Shown piece by piece: positions 9,541 through 23,623 of a stretch of DNA of 64,000 bases; positions within the stretch are counted from its first letter, which is position 1, and every line of letters begins with the position of its first letter. The stretch is taken from the NCBI GenBank assembly GCA_963804525.1, contig CAWDQO010000006.1, positions 410,500 to 474,499 of the forward strand. The letters run 5' to 3'. The translations under genes were made by a program, and so were the position numbers. A model generated the notes under the pieces. That model was not told the DNA's origin and did not search any database. It saw only the letters and a program-made list of their open reading frames with translations. This stretch comes from an uncultured Thermoplasmata archaeon. Its GTDB lineage: Archaea; Thermoplasmatota; Thermoplasmata; Lutacidiplasmatales; UBA184.

Positions 9541-12500
9541 CTAAGGTCTTCGGGACGGCCGACGGCGGGGGGCCCGGGCCCGGGGCTCAGGGCTCGTCCG
9601 TACCGCCGACGTCGTCGGTCGGGGGCGGTCCGTCCGTGGGAGCTTCCGACGCGGGCTCCTCGTCGGGCCGGGAGTCCGGGTACGTCCGGTCGGCCCGAGC
9701 GTCCCTACGCCGACCAGGAGGACGGCAGCGAAGACAGCAATGGCCACCGCCTCGAGCGGCGTCAGACCGAAGACGGTGCTTGCGGAGGTGGTCGGGGTCG
9801 CGAACTGGATCTCGACGATGGTCGGCCCCGACCCGTTCACGACGACCGAGCCGGTGCCCGGCGAGGGGGCCATGCCGTCCCCCCCGACGGCGAACGTGTA
9901 GGTCCCGTTCGGCACGGAGAACTCGACGAGCGAGGTCGTAGACGCGTTTGGGGTGGTCCCGAGCGAGACGTTCCAGGGGGCGCCCGCAGGAAGTCCGACC
10001 TCCCGGAAGATGACCGTGCTCAGGAACGGATGGAAATCGACTACGATGAGGACCGGCGCCCCCGAGACGTTCACGGCGCCGGACGAGTTGGCCACGTAGC
10101 CGCCGACCGGTGCGATCGCGTACGTGTACGAGCCGTTCGGTTCCTCGAGGGTCAGGGTACCCCCGGTCCCGGAATCGTTCGCGGTCCCGATGCTCACCCG
10201 CCACACCGCGGTCGCAGGAAGCCCCGCCGCGGTGAATCGGATCGTATAGGTCGGAGTCGTCGAGGAAACGACCGGTGTGAACACGATCCGGATTGGGGCC
10301 GCCACGCTCGCCGGGCCGTTCGCCACGACGAGACCATGGGAGGGGGTCGCGACGAAGCCGGTTGCGGCGGCCTCGAACGAGTACGTGGCGTTCGACACGA
10401 GGAATCCGATGGCGCCCGTCGGTACTCGTGTTCGTGTCGGTCGCGTTCCCCAGCGTCACGTTCCACGGCGTCGCGCTCGGGAGGCCGGACTCCGCGAAGT
10501 ACAGCCAGAACGAGGTGGCGACCGAGGTTCGGGACTCGAACGCCAAGAGGACGTCCTGCGGTCCGCCGGTCACGTTGAACGTGCCGTGGGACTCGACCGG
10601 GATGAACTGGAACGCTGACGTCGACACCGAGTACCGAGTACGTCCCGTTCGGGCGTTGGACGCTGAAGTTCGTTGCTGTCGTGGAGACCGGGCCTGAGCC
10701 GAACGTGACCGTCCAGTTCGTCCCCGCCGGAAGTCCCATCTCGTCGAATCGGACTTGGAACGTCGCGACGAACGCCACGCGGATCGCCACGACGGCGCCG
10801 GTGATGCTCACACGGCCAACCGACGGAGTGCCGGTGTAGCCTGGCACCGCGTCGAGGGAGAAGTCGTAGGTGCCGTTCGCCGCCAGGAACGAGAACGAGG
10901 CGTTCGTCGACGTGTTGGCGTAGGTGCCGAGCGTTGCGCCCCACGACGTCGACGTCGGGAGCCCCGTCTCGTTGAACCAGACGGCGTAGGTCGACGTGTT
11001 GAACGAGACGTTGACCGAGACCGGCAGCCCGACCACGGTCACGGTCCCGAACCAGGTCGTGACCGACCCGGCCACCGGCTCGACCGTGTAGTTGTACGTC
11101 CCGTTCGGCTCCCACAACTGGAGCGAGGCGTTCTCGGTCCCGTTCACCACCGGCCCGATCCCGACGGCCCAGAAGGTTCCCACAGGAAGTCCCGTCTGGT
11201 GGAACGTAACCGGGAACGCCGGCCCGAACGTGACGTTCACGAACACCGCGTGGCCCGCGACGGTGACCTGGGCGGACGGTACGAGCGGGCTGAACCCCGG
11301 GACGGTCGACAGGGTGTAGTTGTACGTCCCGTTCGCCTCGGGGAACCCAATCTGGGAGCCGTTCGTCGGGTAGGCCGTGGAATTCCAATCGACGGTCCAA
11401 TTCGTCCCGCCCGGAAGTCCCGTCTCCGCGAACGTGACCGGGTACGACGGGTTCGGGGTCCCGATCTTGCTCAGGTTGTTCGAGTTGAAGTTCATCACGA
11501 AGACCGCGTGGACGTTGGGGTCGTACGTGAGCCCGTACGGGTTGACCCCGACCGCGACCGTCGCCACGACGGTCGTCCCGTTGATCACGGTCGTGCAGTC
11601 GCTCGTCCAGCTCGGCACGTAGACGAGCCCGTCGGCCGGGTCGAAGGCGACCGAGCGCGGGTAGAGGCCGACGGAGATGTTCGCGACGAAACTGGTGCCG
11701 TTCAGTACGTAGACTGTGTTCGTCCCGGGGTCCGCGAGGTAGACGAACCCGTTCTGCGGGTCGTACGCGCCGTACCGAGGGCGCGCCCCCGCCCGAAACC
11801 GTCGCGACGACCGACGTTCCGTTGATGATCGTCACGTTGTTCGTCCCGGGGTTCGGCACGTACACCCAATCGTTGGCGGAGTCGTAGATCGCCGACACCG
11901 GGCTCCCGCCGACGTTCACCGAGCCGACGACCGATGTTCCGTTCCCGAGGGAGGAGCCGTTGACGATCGAGACGTTGTTCGTGCCGGCGTCCGGGACGTA
12001 GATCCAATCGGTGTGGGTGTCGAACGCGGCCACACCGGGGTACGGGCCGACCGGGACCGAGCCGACGGTGGTCGTGCCGTTGATCACGGTGAGGTTGTGG
12101 CTCGCCTGGTTGGAGATGTAGACCCACCCATTCGAGGGGTCGTAGAGGCCAGAGTATGGTGTGAACCCGGTCGGGATCCACTTGATGATCTTCAGCCCGT
12201 GGAAGACCGTGAGATTGTTCGAGGTCCCGAAGTTCAGGATGTAGACGTTTCCGTTCGAGGGGGCATAGACCCCGGAAAGGGGGTCGTCCCCGACGAGGGT
12301 GATGTTGAGCGTCGTATCGTTCCGGTCGTCGACGATGCTGACGGTGTTGCCGCCCAAGAGCGGCGCGCCGAAGTTCGTCACGTAAAGGTCGTCGTCGTCG
12401 CTGTCGAACGTCGCGCTCGACGGTTGGCTACGGACATTCGCAACGCCGAGGACCGTGGAGCCGACAACATACGAGGACCCCGCCCCCGCCGGACGGACCG

Positions 12501-12716
12501 AGCTAGAGACCCCAGCCGACACTGCCGGGACGCTCGCGGACGATGTGTGGGAGGTCGCCGGCGTCCCTGCCGAGGGAGGTGCCGGGGGGAGGCCGAACTC
12601 GCGAACGCGCCGGCGCACCCGGTGAGGACGATGGCAAGAACGACCGCGACGGAGGCGATCACGAGGCGGCCGGTCCGGGACTTCGGACGGCTCCCGAGGT
12701 CGAGCCGGTCGGTCAT
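9541..12716 (-). pseudogene. Large cell-surface protein (lipobox signal, YVTN-type beta-propeller repeats, at least 7 'GLPxGxxW' beta-sandwich repeats, C-terminal TM anchor) broken by at least 4 frame shifts
   Basis: The model chains these pieces:
- start MTDRLDLG...VLTGC at 12716;
- the ORF 10570..12618 N-terminal part (YVTNFG..., NNLTVINGTT...);
- ORF 10194..11618;
- the ORF 9587..10627 N-terminal part;
- ORF 9541..10398, which ends with the TM segment LEAVAIAVFAAVLLVGV.
Junctions lie near 12600, 11700-11760, 10630 and 10400. Confidence 0.65.
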
Positions 12717-13017
12717 GGCCTCGGATCCGCGGAGTCGACCGGGAGGGGCCCTAGAGGAGCGATCAGCTTCTTGACAGCGGCCCAGAACGGGGCGACGTCC
12801 TCCTTCGGCAGTCGCGCGCCGTAGAGCGGCGCGCGCAGCTCGGCCTCGAGGAACTCCGGGTCGTCGGCGTCCCAGATGAGCCGCACGACGTTCCCCCCAT
12901 CGCCTCCTCCTCGAACGCGAAGACCCGCTTCCGCGGGTCGGTCGCGACCGGGTTCTTCTCGAGGAGCTCGAGGGGAGGGTCCGGTGGCAGCGGGGGGCCG
13001 GCAAGGGTCATCGGCAT
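12713..13017 (-). CDS. Small hypothetical protein with one frame shift at a C7 run near 12893
   Basis: MPMTLAGPPLPPDPPLELLEKNPVATDPRKRVFAFEEEAMGG (ORF 12763..13092) continues as VVRLIWDADDPEFLEAELRAPLYGARLPKEDVAPFWAAVKKLI (ORF 12713..13294). Confidence 0.35.
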
Positions 13018-13224
13018 CGCGGGAGGCGGCAATCGGAGCCGGATCCAGGCGACGACGGGCCAGCGGCTGCTGGACGCCCCGAGCGACGGCACGACCCGTC
13101 ACACCCGCGCTGACCGTAAAGGATGCGGGCGGTCGCCCGAACGTTCGGCCGGTCGGCCCACGGTCGGGTCCCCTGGAAAAATGGGTACCACACGCGTTCT
13201 GTTTAACTGCCAAGTGCAACCAGT

Positions 13225-16170
<2,946 letters not shown>

Positions 16171-16318
16171 CTTGACAAGCGTCCAGAACGCGTGTGATTG
16201 GCGTCATCGGTCCGTCGTCCAGGGGACAACGGTACCCTCGCCCTTCCCCGGCGAGGCGTGTGCCTCGACGGGTGCATCGATTGCCCGCTTGGCGCGAGCG
16301 GACGGGTTGGACCTATGC

Positions 16319-16337
16319 CGATTATTTAACGGCTCCC
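16319..16337 (-). promoter_or_regulatory. Candidate TATA box / promoter for the 23S rRNA transcript
   Basis: The minus strand reads CCGTTAAATAATCGG, an isolated AT-rich element about 150 nt upstream of the 23S 5' end in otherwise G+C-rich spacer. Confidence 0.35.
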
Positions 16338-16604
16338 CGGCGCGCTCGGCGCCTCGGCGCGGAGGCTCGGGTCGGCGCTGGAGGGGCAGGGACGCGGAAG
16401 GTTCGGTTCGATCCCGCCGGGGGACGGCCGAACCGGCGGGAGACTCTGTACCATCATCATTTTGTACCCTGAGCCGGCTCGCAAGACGTGGTGACTGGGT
16501 ACGCCCGCCCCCTTCCGCGCCGTGGAATTCGCATTTCGGGGCTGGATTCGCCCCGGGAGCGCTAGCGCGCCCGCGGCCGGCCCTCCCCCGCTCGGAGCCT
16601 GCGC

Positions 16605-17903
16605 ATGACCCCCCCGATCCTCTCGCACCGCGGGCGACCGCATCTCGGCCGCCGGATCCTGCTCATCTCTCCCTACCCACCGTCTCGGACCGGCCCGGCC
16701 GAATACGCCGCCGTGTTCGCGGCCCAATGCGCCGCCCGCGGCTTCCAGATCCGTGTGTTGACGGAGAACGTCCCAGACGCTCCACCGACCCCGCCGGTCG
16801 GGCCCGGGGTCACCATCGACCCCGTATGGACTCCTAACGGGTCCGGGCTCGGCCATCTCTACCGCGCAGCGAAAGACGACCCGGCCGAAGTCGTCCACGT
16901 GAACTACTCGTTCACGATGTACGGCGGCGGCCTCGTCGGGCTGTTCGCGCTCGCGCAGTTCGCCCGCCTCTCCCGGCGGCATCCGCTCGTGGTCACGCTC
17001 TTCGACGTCCTCCCGAAGCGGGAGCTGACGGCCGAGACCCTCGCTCTGTACCACGTCCGCGCGACCCCACGGATCGCGCGGATGACGGTCGGGCTGGTGT
17101 TGAAGTTCCTCGCCCGGACCGCCGACCGGATCGTCGTCCAGGGTCAGTCGACGAAAACGATCCTCGAGCAGGACTACGGGGTTCCGTCCGAGAAGATCGT
17201 CATCACCGAGCTGCCGGGCTATCCGAGCACGTTGAAGACCCCGACCGCCCGTCCGAATCCGCTGGGCCCCGCGACACCCCGGACGATCCTCTACTACGGC
17301 TTCCTCGCCCCGTACAAGGGAATCGAGGTCCTGCTCGAGGCGTTCGCCCGCACGCGGGCGGAGAACCCATCGTGCACCGCGCGGCTCGTCGTGGCCGGGA
17401 CCGACCATCCACGGCTCCATTTCGACTACGCGGGCCAGCTGCGCGCGAAGGCCCGCCGACTCGGGCTCGGGCCGGAGGACGTGTCGTTCCCCGGCTACAT
17501 CGCCGAAGCCGATGCCAACGCACTCTTCGCCGCGAGCTCTCTCGTCGTCCTCCCCTACCTCCGGACCACCGGGGCGAGCGGGACCCTCGCCACGGCGATG
17601 GGGCTCGACCGACCGGTGGTCGTGACCGACCTTCCCCCGCTCATCGGACAGTTGAACGGGTACCCGAACAGCCGGGTCGCCCCTCCCGGGGACGTCACGG
17701 CCCTCGCGGAATCGATCGCCCAGGCCGCCGAGGGCCGGTTCGTCGCGCGCCCTCCGCCCCCCGTGACCCCGGGCGCGGTCCGGCGGTGGGAAGACCTCGT
17801 GGACCGGACCGCCGACATCTATTCCTCCGCCATCGCGGCCCACCGCCGGGGAGTCTCGCTGCTCGGCTCGAACCTTCGGGCCGAGGGCGAAGCGCCCACC
17901 TGA
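16605..17903 (+). CDS. GT4-family glycosyltransferase (glycosyl transferase group 1)
   Basis: RILLISPYPPSRTGPAEY at the N-terminus. The C-terminal part has GYIAEADANALFAASSLVVLPY...GASGTLATAMGLDRPVV. Confidence 0.75.
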   Translation: MTPPILSHRGRPHLGRRILLISPYPPSRTGPAEYAAVFAAQCAARGFQIRVLTENVPDAPPTPPVGPGVTIDPVWTPNGSGLGHLYRAAKDDPAEVVHVNYSFTMYGGGLVGLFALAQFARLSRRHPLVVTLFDVLPKRELTAETLALYHVRATPRIARMTVGLVLKFLARTADRIVVQGQSTKTILEQDYGVPSEKIVITELPGYPSTLKTPTARPNPLGPATPRTILYYGFLAPYKGIEVLLEAFARTRAENPSCTARLVVAGTDHPRLHFDYAGQLRAKARRLGLGPEDVSFPGYIAEADANALFAASSLVVLPYLRTTGASGTLATAMGLDRPVVVTDLPPLIGQLNGYPNSRVAPPGDVTALAESIAQAAEGRFVARPPPPVTPGAVRRWEDLVDRTADIYSSAIAAHRRGVSLLGSNLRAEGEAPT

Positions 17904-18090
17904 TGGCCGCCCGACCGACCTCGCCGCCCGCCGCGGCTCCCCCCCATCGGTTCCCTCCGGGGGCCTAGCTCGCGCGGTGGTCCTGGATGCGGTCGGAGCG
18001 ACCGGCCCGTGGCCGGTGGGAGCGTCGGGTTAAATCGGGGGGCTCGACTCGTCGACGGCCGGGGCCGTGCGCGGACCGGAGGGACGGTCC

Positions 18091-21000
18091 ATGATCCTCG
18101 GGCGTTGGGGGCCGGCAGGGCGGCGCGTTCTCGCGAACCCCCGCTGGCGGGGCGCGCTGATCGCGCTCCTGTTCCTCGTCGGCTCCCTCACGGTGTTCCA
18201 CGCGCTCCTCGCGCCAGTCGGCGGTCGGTTCTACGATGGGGATTTCGTCACCCCGACCACCCCCGCGGAACTTCGGTACTACCTCGCGGCGTTCGCGGGA
18301 CCCTGGGACCCCCAGTCGGTCACCGCCGGGTTCAACCCGTTCTACACGAACGACCTGATCCTGTTCTCCGCCGTCGCGGGGCTTGCCGTCGTCCTCGGGT
18401 CCGTCGGGACCGGGATGCTCGCCGTGTTCGTCCTCGTCGAGGCGGCCCTCGCCGCCTCGCTCTACCTCGCCGCCCGCCGGATGAGGACCGGACGCCCCTG
18501 GGCGCTCGTCGGCGCACTCGCGTTCGCCGCGAGCCCGGTCGTCTTCGACCGGACCGTCGCCGGCCACGAGCTCATCTTGGCGGCGGCGGTCTTCGTTCCC
18601 CCCTTCCTCGTCCTCCTCAGCGAGGCGTCGGCCCGGCACGTGAGCGCCCGCCACATCGCCGCCCTCGGGCTCCTCTGGGGGGCGGTCGGCCTCCTCGAGT
18701 ACCACATCTTCTACCTCCTCGGGTTCGTTTGGGGGGCCGCGGCCCTCGCCGTCCTCCTTCGGATCGCCCTCGGCTCCCACCCCGCCGACCGCCGACTCCG
18801 ATTGCGCGAGGGGGGTCGAAGGTTGGCCGGGCTCCTCGCGGCCGTCGCCATTGCCGTCGGGGTCAACCTGGTCTGGCTCGTCCCCGCCCTCGGCACCGGA
18901 GGCGGCGGGTCCGTCCTCTCGGAGAGCACGCTCACGACCCGGTGGGTCCTCGGCTACACCCAGGGAGCGATCCAACCGGCGACGGTGTTCGCCTCGAACG
19001 TCTACTGGGGCCAGATGTACACCGCCGCCTGGGGCAAGGTCGGCTCGCTCTCCCTCGGCCTCGTCGTGAGCGCCGCCCTCTCCGTCGTCTTCCTCGCCGT
19101 CCTCTTCTGGCACGCGCACCGCCGGACCGGAACGACCGATACCCTCGTCCTCGTCGCCCTCGTCGTCCTCCTCCTTTCGACGGGAACGGTCCTTCCCGGC
19201 TCGCTCTACCTCACCCTCGTCCGCGACGTGCCGTTCTTCTCCGTGAACGACGACCCGGCGAAGTTCGACGTCGTCCTCGCCCCCACCCTCGCGCTCCTCC
19301 TCGGCAACGCGCTCCAGGATTGGTGGCGGAGCGCCCGTGCCGTCGGTCCGATCCCGGTCGGAGCCCCCGCGTACCGGTGGCGCCGGGCGGGACGCCTCCT
19401 CCAGCACGCGTTCGTCCCCGCGGTCGTGGCGGTGATCGTGGTGAGCGCCCTCCCGTTCGCGTCCGGCAACTTCCACCACGGAGTGGCCCACGTCCCCGAC
19501 GCCCCGGGGGCGGTCGCGGCCGCGAACACCCTCGACGCGACGGTCCCGCCGCTCGGCCGCGTCGCCCTGTTCCCCCCGACCCGTTCGAGTACGTGGGCCA
19601 CGGGCAGACGCCGACGAACCCGCTCGTCGTCGACCCGCCGGGGAACGCGCTCTACCTCCCTGGGCCCCCGGGGCTCGAACCGCTCAACCTCGCGACCCAG
19701 CAGGCGGCGTGGGCGTACACCGCGCTCTATGCGAACTCGACCTCGCACGGCGGGAGCCTGTTCGGGTTGCTCGGAACGACGGAATGGGACGTCAACCTTG
19801 CCGCCCAACCCTCGACCCCCGGCGGCGTCTTCGCCTGGGACCTTCCCACGAACCTCACCACGGCCCTCCGGTACCAGGTCGACCTCGGCCCGACCACCGT
19901 CGACGGCCAGACGGAGCTCATCTCCACCGCCAACGCCACCCCCGGTCCGGTGACGCTCCGCTCCTCGGCGGTCCTTGCCCTGTCGGATCGGGAGCTCCTC
20001 CTCGATGCGGCGTACCTCCCGGGCGGGGACGCCTGGGTCGAAGGGACCCCGTTCGTCCTCGAGCCCGGTTCGCCGAGCGGGACCGCGCTCGGCCCGGGCG
20101 GCAGCGCGCCATTCGTCGAGACTCCGCAGGGGATCCTCGACGAGGTGTTCGAGCAGCTCCCGGCCGGCTCGGTCGTGCCGGTCGAGCCGGTCGCCTGGGC
20201 GGCGCTCGGGGCCGGGGGGATCCCGAACTACAACGGCTGGACGCCGTGGGAGCACCGGTTCGGCCTTGAGTCGGGCCGGCCGCTCGCCTCACTCCTCGGG
20301 TACGCCGAGACCGACGACCCAGCGGTCTCCTTGACCGTTCCCCTCGCGACCGCCGGGGGCCCCCGCTCCGAAGTCTGGGTCGACCTGTTCTACGGACCGG
20401 ACGAGGGGACTCTGAAGCTGAACCTCGGGGGCGCGTTCCCGGTCGTCCTCAACGCATACGCGCGCGAGCCGTTCGGGTTCCGGTGGACCCCGGTCGGCGC
20501 CCTCGGGAACGCGAGCCACGTGGTGCTCAACAACGGCGGCAACGGCGCGAGCATCGTCTCCGAGCTCGCCACCGTCGCCCCGGGCGCGTTCCCGGGCGCG
20601 GTGAACGCCACGGTCGCGTGGCTGCCGCGGAACGGGGCCGGCCCCGCCGACCCCCCGGTCCTCTGGGTCAAGGGGGACGAGGGGGCCGGGTACGGCACCT
20701 GGACGACCGTCGCGACCGGGTCGTCCGACTCGCAGGGGTGGGGGAGCGTCGTCGACCCCGATGGGGCGTATGCGACGACGTTCCTGCTGCCCCAGGCGAC
20801 CGACCTCGGGGTCCTCGCGCGGGCCTCCGGCACGGGGTCGATCTACGTCTCCGCCTGCTCCGCGGCGTCGCTGCCCGACGATTCGCTCGAGGTCTGCCCG
20901 GTCCACACGACCGTCTCCTTCGGGAACGCGTCTCCGACCTGGTCGGCGAGCGCCGGGAACCTGACGGTCGGTCCCGGGATCGTCAAGGTCACCGTCTACG

Positions 21001-21463
21001 GGGCGAGCCACTCGGTCCTCCTCGACCAGCTCCTCCTGACCCCGGCGCCGGCGTCGCTCCTCGCGCCGTGCGCGGCCGGTGTTCCGACCGAGTGGACCTG
21101 CCCGGGGGCGGCGACGGCGGGGCCGAGCTCGGTCTCCGGGAACCCCGGGGGGCCGAGCGTCACGGCGACGTTCCCCCCGACTTCGGAGTTCCCGGTCCTC
21201 GCCCAACTTGTCTCGTGCGACGCGACGTGGCGGGCGAGCGGGACCGGCGTCAGCGCCGTGCCGTTCCTGGTCGACGGCTGGGCGTGCGGCTACTCGGTCT
21301 CCCCGGGCTCCGGGACGTCACGCTCGCGGTTCCCGGCCTCGTCACCGCGACCGAGGCGGGGGCGGTCGGCTCGGCCCTCGTCGCGGTCCCGGTCCTCGTC
21401 CTCGCCCTCTTCGGCCTCCCGAAGGTCCGCGCGTTCGTCCGTCGGCCCCGCGTGCGGGCGTAA
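18091..21463 (+). CDS. Very large polytopic membrane protein with an extracellular C-terminal domain and a terminal TM anchor (possible GT-C-like glycosyltransferase); 2 frame shifts
   Basis: The model joins ORF 18067..19953 (many TM helices), then the frame of ORF 18009..21845 from about 19570 (a C7 run), then ORF 20483..21463 from about 21290 (AVGSALVAVPVLVLALFGL). It sits between two GT4 genes. The function is inferred only. Confidence 0.45.
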
Positions 21464-21528
21464 CCGACCGGGGCCCCGGGGGAGCTCCCCTCGTCGGACG
21501 CGGGGAAGCGTCCGTTCGGCGCCGCCGG

Positions 21529-22668
21529 TCAACCGGTCCCGGCCGAGCGGTCCGAGGGCGGGAGCGCGGTCCGGAGGGCATCGACGATCCGTCCCATCGC
21601 GGCGTCCCAGCCGAACTGGGAGGCGGCGGAACGTGCCCTCTCGGCGAGGGCCGCTCCGAGGGCCGGGTCGGTCGCCAACCGGCGCAGCGGCTCGACCATC
21701 GCGCCGGCCGACGCGGCGTCGTAGACGAGCGCGGCCCCGTCCCTGGCGAGGAGGCCGCCGACCGCCACGTCCGAACTCGCGACGACCGGGCACCCGTACT
21801 GGACCGCCTCCACGGCGACCGAGCCGAACCCCTCGGCGGACGTGACCGCGGGAAGGACGAGCGCGGTGGCGGAGGCAAAGCAGTCGGCGAGCTCCTCGTC
21901 GGTCACCCGCCCCCGGAACCGGACCGCCTCCCCGAGGCCGAGGTGCCGCGCGAGCGCTTCCCACTCCGGCCGCTGCTCGCCGTCCCCGACGACCTCGAGC
22001 CGGGCCAGGACCCCCTCCGCGCGGAGCGTGGCGATGGCGCGGAAGAGGAGGTCGATCCGCTTGTACGCGTGGGCGGAGTCGAGCGCGCCCACGAACAGGA
22101 ACTGGCCGGGGGGGCCTCGCACCACTCCGGGATGCGCCGGTGGCGGAGTGCCGTCGCCGATGTACGGGCCCGGCACCGCGACGACGACCCGGTCCGGACG
22201 GATTCCCCGGGCGACCAGGACCTCGCGGTACCGGTCGCTCGTCACGAGGACGGTGCGGGCGCGACGCAGAAGCCGGGTCTCGCCCCGCAGGTAGAGCCGC
22301 TTCCACCACCGGTCGCTCCCGACGTCGGCGTGGTACGTCGCGACCCAGACGCGACCGGTCGCGAGCGCGAACACCGCCCCGAGGTCGGCGGTCGGGGACG
22401 GGTGGTTCCCCCAGACGAGGTCCGGTTGGAACGCGCGGAGGGCCCGCCAGAGCGTTCCCGGCCAGACGAGGTTCTCGGAGGCGAGACGGGTCGACCGGAG
22501 GTACGAGATCTCGAACGGGGGCTTCGCTGGCGGGTCCGACCCGCTCCGGACGGCGAGGTTCCGGTCGGACGTGAACACGGAAACGCGCGCGAACGTGGCG
22601 ACGGCCCGGGCGCCGAACCAGTGGTACCGCTCGCTGCCGCCGACGCTCGGGAAGAACCCGTGGCTCAC
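21529..22668 (-). CDS. GT4-family glycosyltransferase
   Basis: MSHGFFPSVGGSERY... and EGFGSVAVEAVQYGCPVVAS are typical of group-1 glycosyltransferases. Confidence 0.75.
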   Translation of the reverse strand: MSHGFFPSVGGSERYHWFGARAVATFARVSVFTSDRNLAVRSGSDPPAKPPFEISYLRSTRLASENLVWPGTLWRALRAFQPDLVWGNHPSPTADLGAVFALATGRVWVATYHADVGSDRWWKRLYLRGETRLLRRARTVLVTSDRYREVLVARGIRPDRVVVAVPGPYIGDGTPPPAHPGVVRGPPGQFLFVGALDSAHAYKRIDLLFRAIATLRAEGVLARLEVVGDGEQRPEWEALARHLGLGEAVRFRGRVTDEELADCFASATALVLPAVTSAEGFGSVAVEAVQYGCPVVASSDVAVGGLLARDGAALVYDAASAGAMVEPLRRLATDPALGAALAERARSAASQFGWDAAMGRIVDALRTALPPSDRSAGTG

Positions 22669-22770
22669 GACCGCGATCCGCGGCGTCCCGACCCCCGTCC
22701 CCGCTCCCGTACGACCGCTCCCCCCGACGGTGGCCGCGCGAGTATTTCTCCCGCGCGCCGGGGCCCTGGC

Positions 22771-23553
22771 CTATTCGGCCGCGTGCGCCCGGATCGACGG
22801 GTCGTACCGCTGGGCCGCGTACGAGCACCGGCCGAGGCCGTTCGGCTCGCAGGTCGCGCAGTTCCGTTCGGCCGGGACGGGGGCCCGCACGCGGTCGGAC
22901 CGGATCTGGGTGAGCGCGGCCCGGAGCCAGTGCTCCTCGCTCGGGCCGTAGGCGACCTCGACCCACCCCTCGCGGGCGCCGGCCCCGCCGGTGTCGCCGT
23001 AGAGGATGATCCCGTGGCTCGGCCGGTGGCCGGTCGATGCATGGACGAGGCGGCACTCGGCGATCGCCTGAATCGTGTCGAACGTCCGCCCGTGGAACCC
23101 GTGGACGTCGTGGAAGAGGTGGGTCGCCTTGTACTCGACCGGCACGAGGTCGCCGTCGACCCGCCGGACCACGAAGTCCGGCCGCCCGGCGAACCCGAGC
23201 TCGTCGTCGACGAGCGTCCCGTTCCGGCCCGCGAGCTTCGGGTCCGGTTGGGTCTGCTCCGGGGAGAAGAGGACGGGAAGCCCGCGCTCGCCGGCGTCGA
23301 CGTACACGAGCCGGTCGAGCGGGCCGAAGTCGATCCGCCCCTCGAACACCTGGACCGAGTGGAGCGGCGGGGAGAACAGGGGGGAGGTCCGTTCCGGGTG
23401 GGTCCCCGGCGGTGTCTTCGGCGCGACCGGGGTCCCCGCGAGCTGGGACGCCCGCTCGGACCGGTGGAGCTCCATCTCGTGCGGGCAGCGGGAGTAGGTG
23501 ACGAGGTCGTGCGGGGTGAGGTGCTCCAGGGTCGGAAGGGCAACCGCGGCCAT
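22771..23553 (-). CDS. Cas4/RecB-like PD-(D/E)XK nuclease with a 4-Cys cluster signature, stand-alone
   Basis: YSRCPHE near the N-terminus, GRPDFVV...VPVEYK (D...ExK), QAIAEC, and C-terminal CATCEPNGLGRC. No cas genes or CRISPR array are nearby. Confidence 0.6.
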   Translation of the reverse strand: MAAVALPTLEHLTPHDLVTYSRCPHEMELHRSERASQLAGTPVAPKTPPGTHPERTSPLFSPPLHSVQVFEGRIDFGPLDRLVYVDAGERGLPVLFSPEQTQPDPKLAGRNGTLVDDELGFAGRPDFVVRRVDGDLVPVEYKATHLFHDVHGFHGRTFDTIQAIAECRLVHASTGHRPSHGIILYGDTGGAGAREGWVEVAYGPSEEHWLRAALTQIRSDRVRAPVPAERNCATCEPNGLGRCSYAAQRYDPSIRAHAAE

Positions 23554-23623
23554 CCGATGCGACGCCGACGGCTTCGGCTATGAAGGTGAGCCTGGACCGG
23601 CAGCCGGAGGGCGCGCCGCCCGC

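Noticed and set aside
16395-16440. tRNA-like T-arm motif (GGTTCGATCCCGCCGGG) in the spacer upstream of the 23S gene.
   Set aside because: The T stem has only 3 bp. No matching acceptor, D or anticodon arms could be found, so it cannot be folded into a tRNA. It is probably a spacer hairpin (GGTTCGG...CCGAACC).
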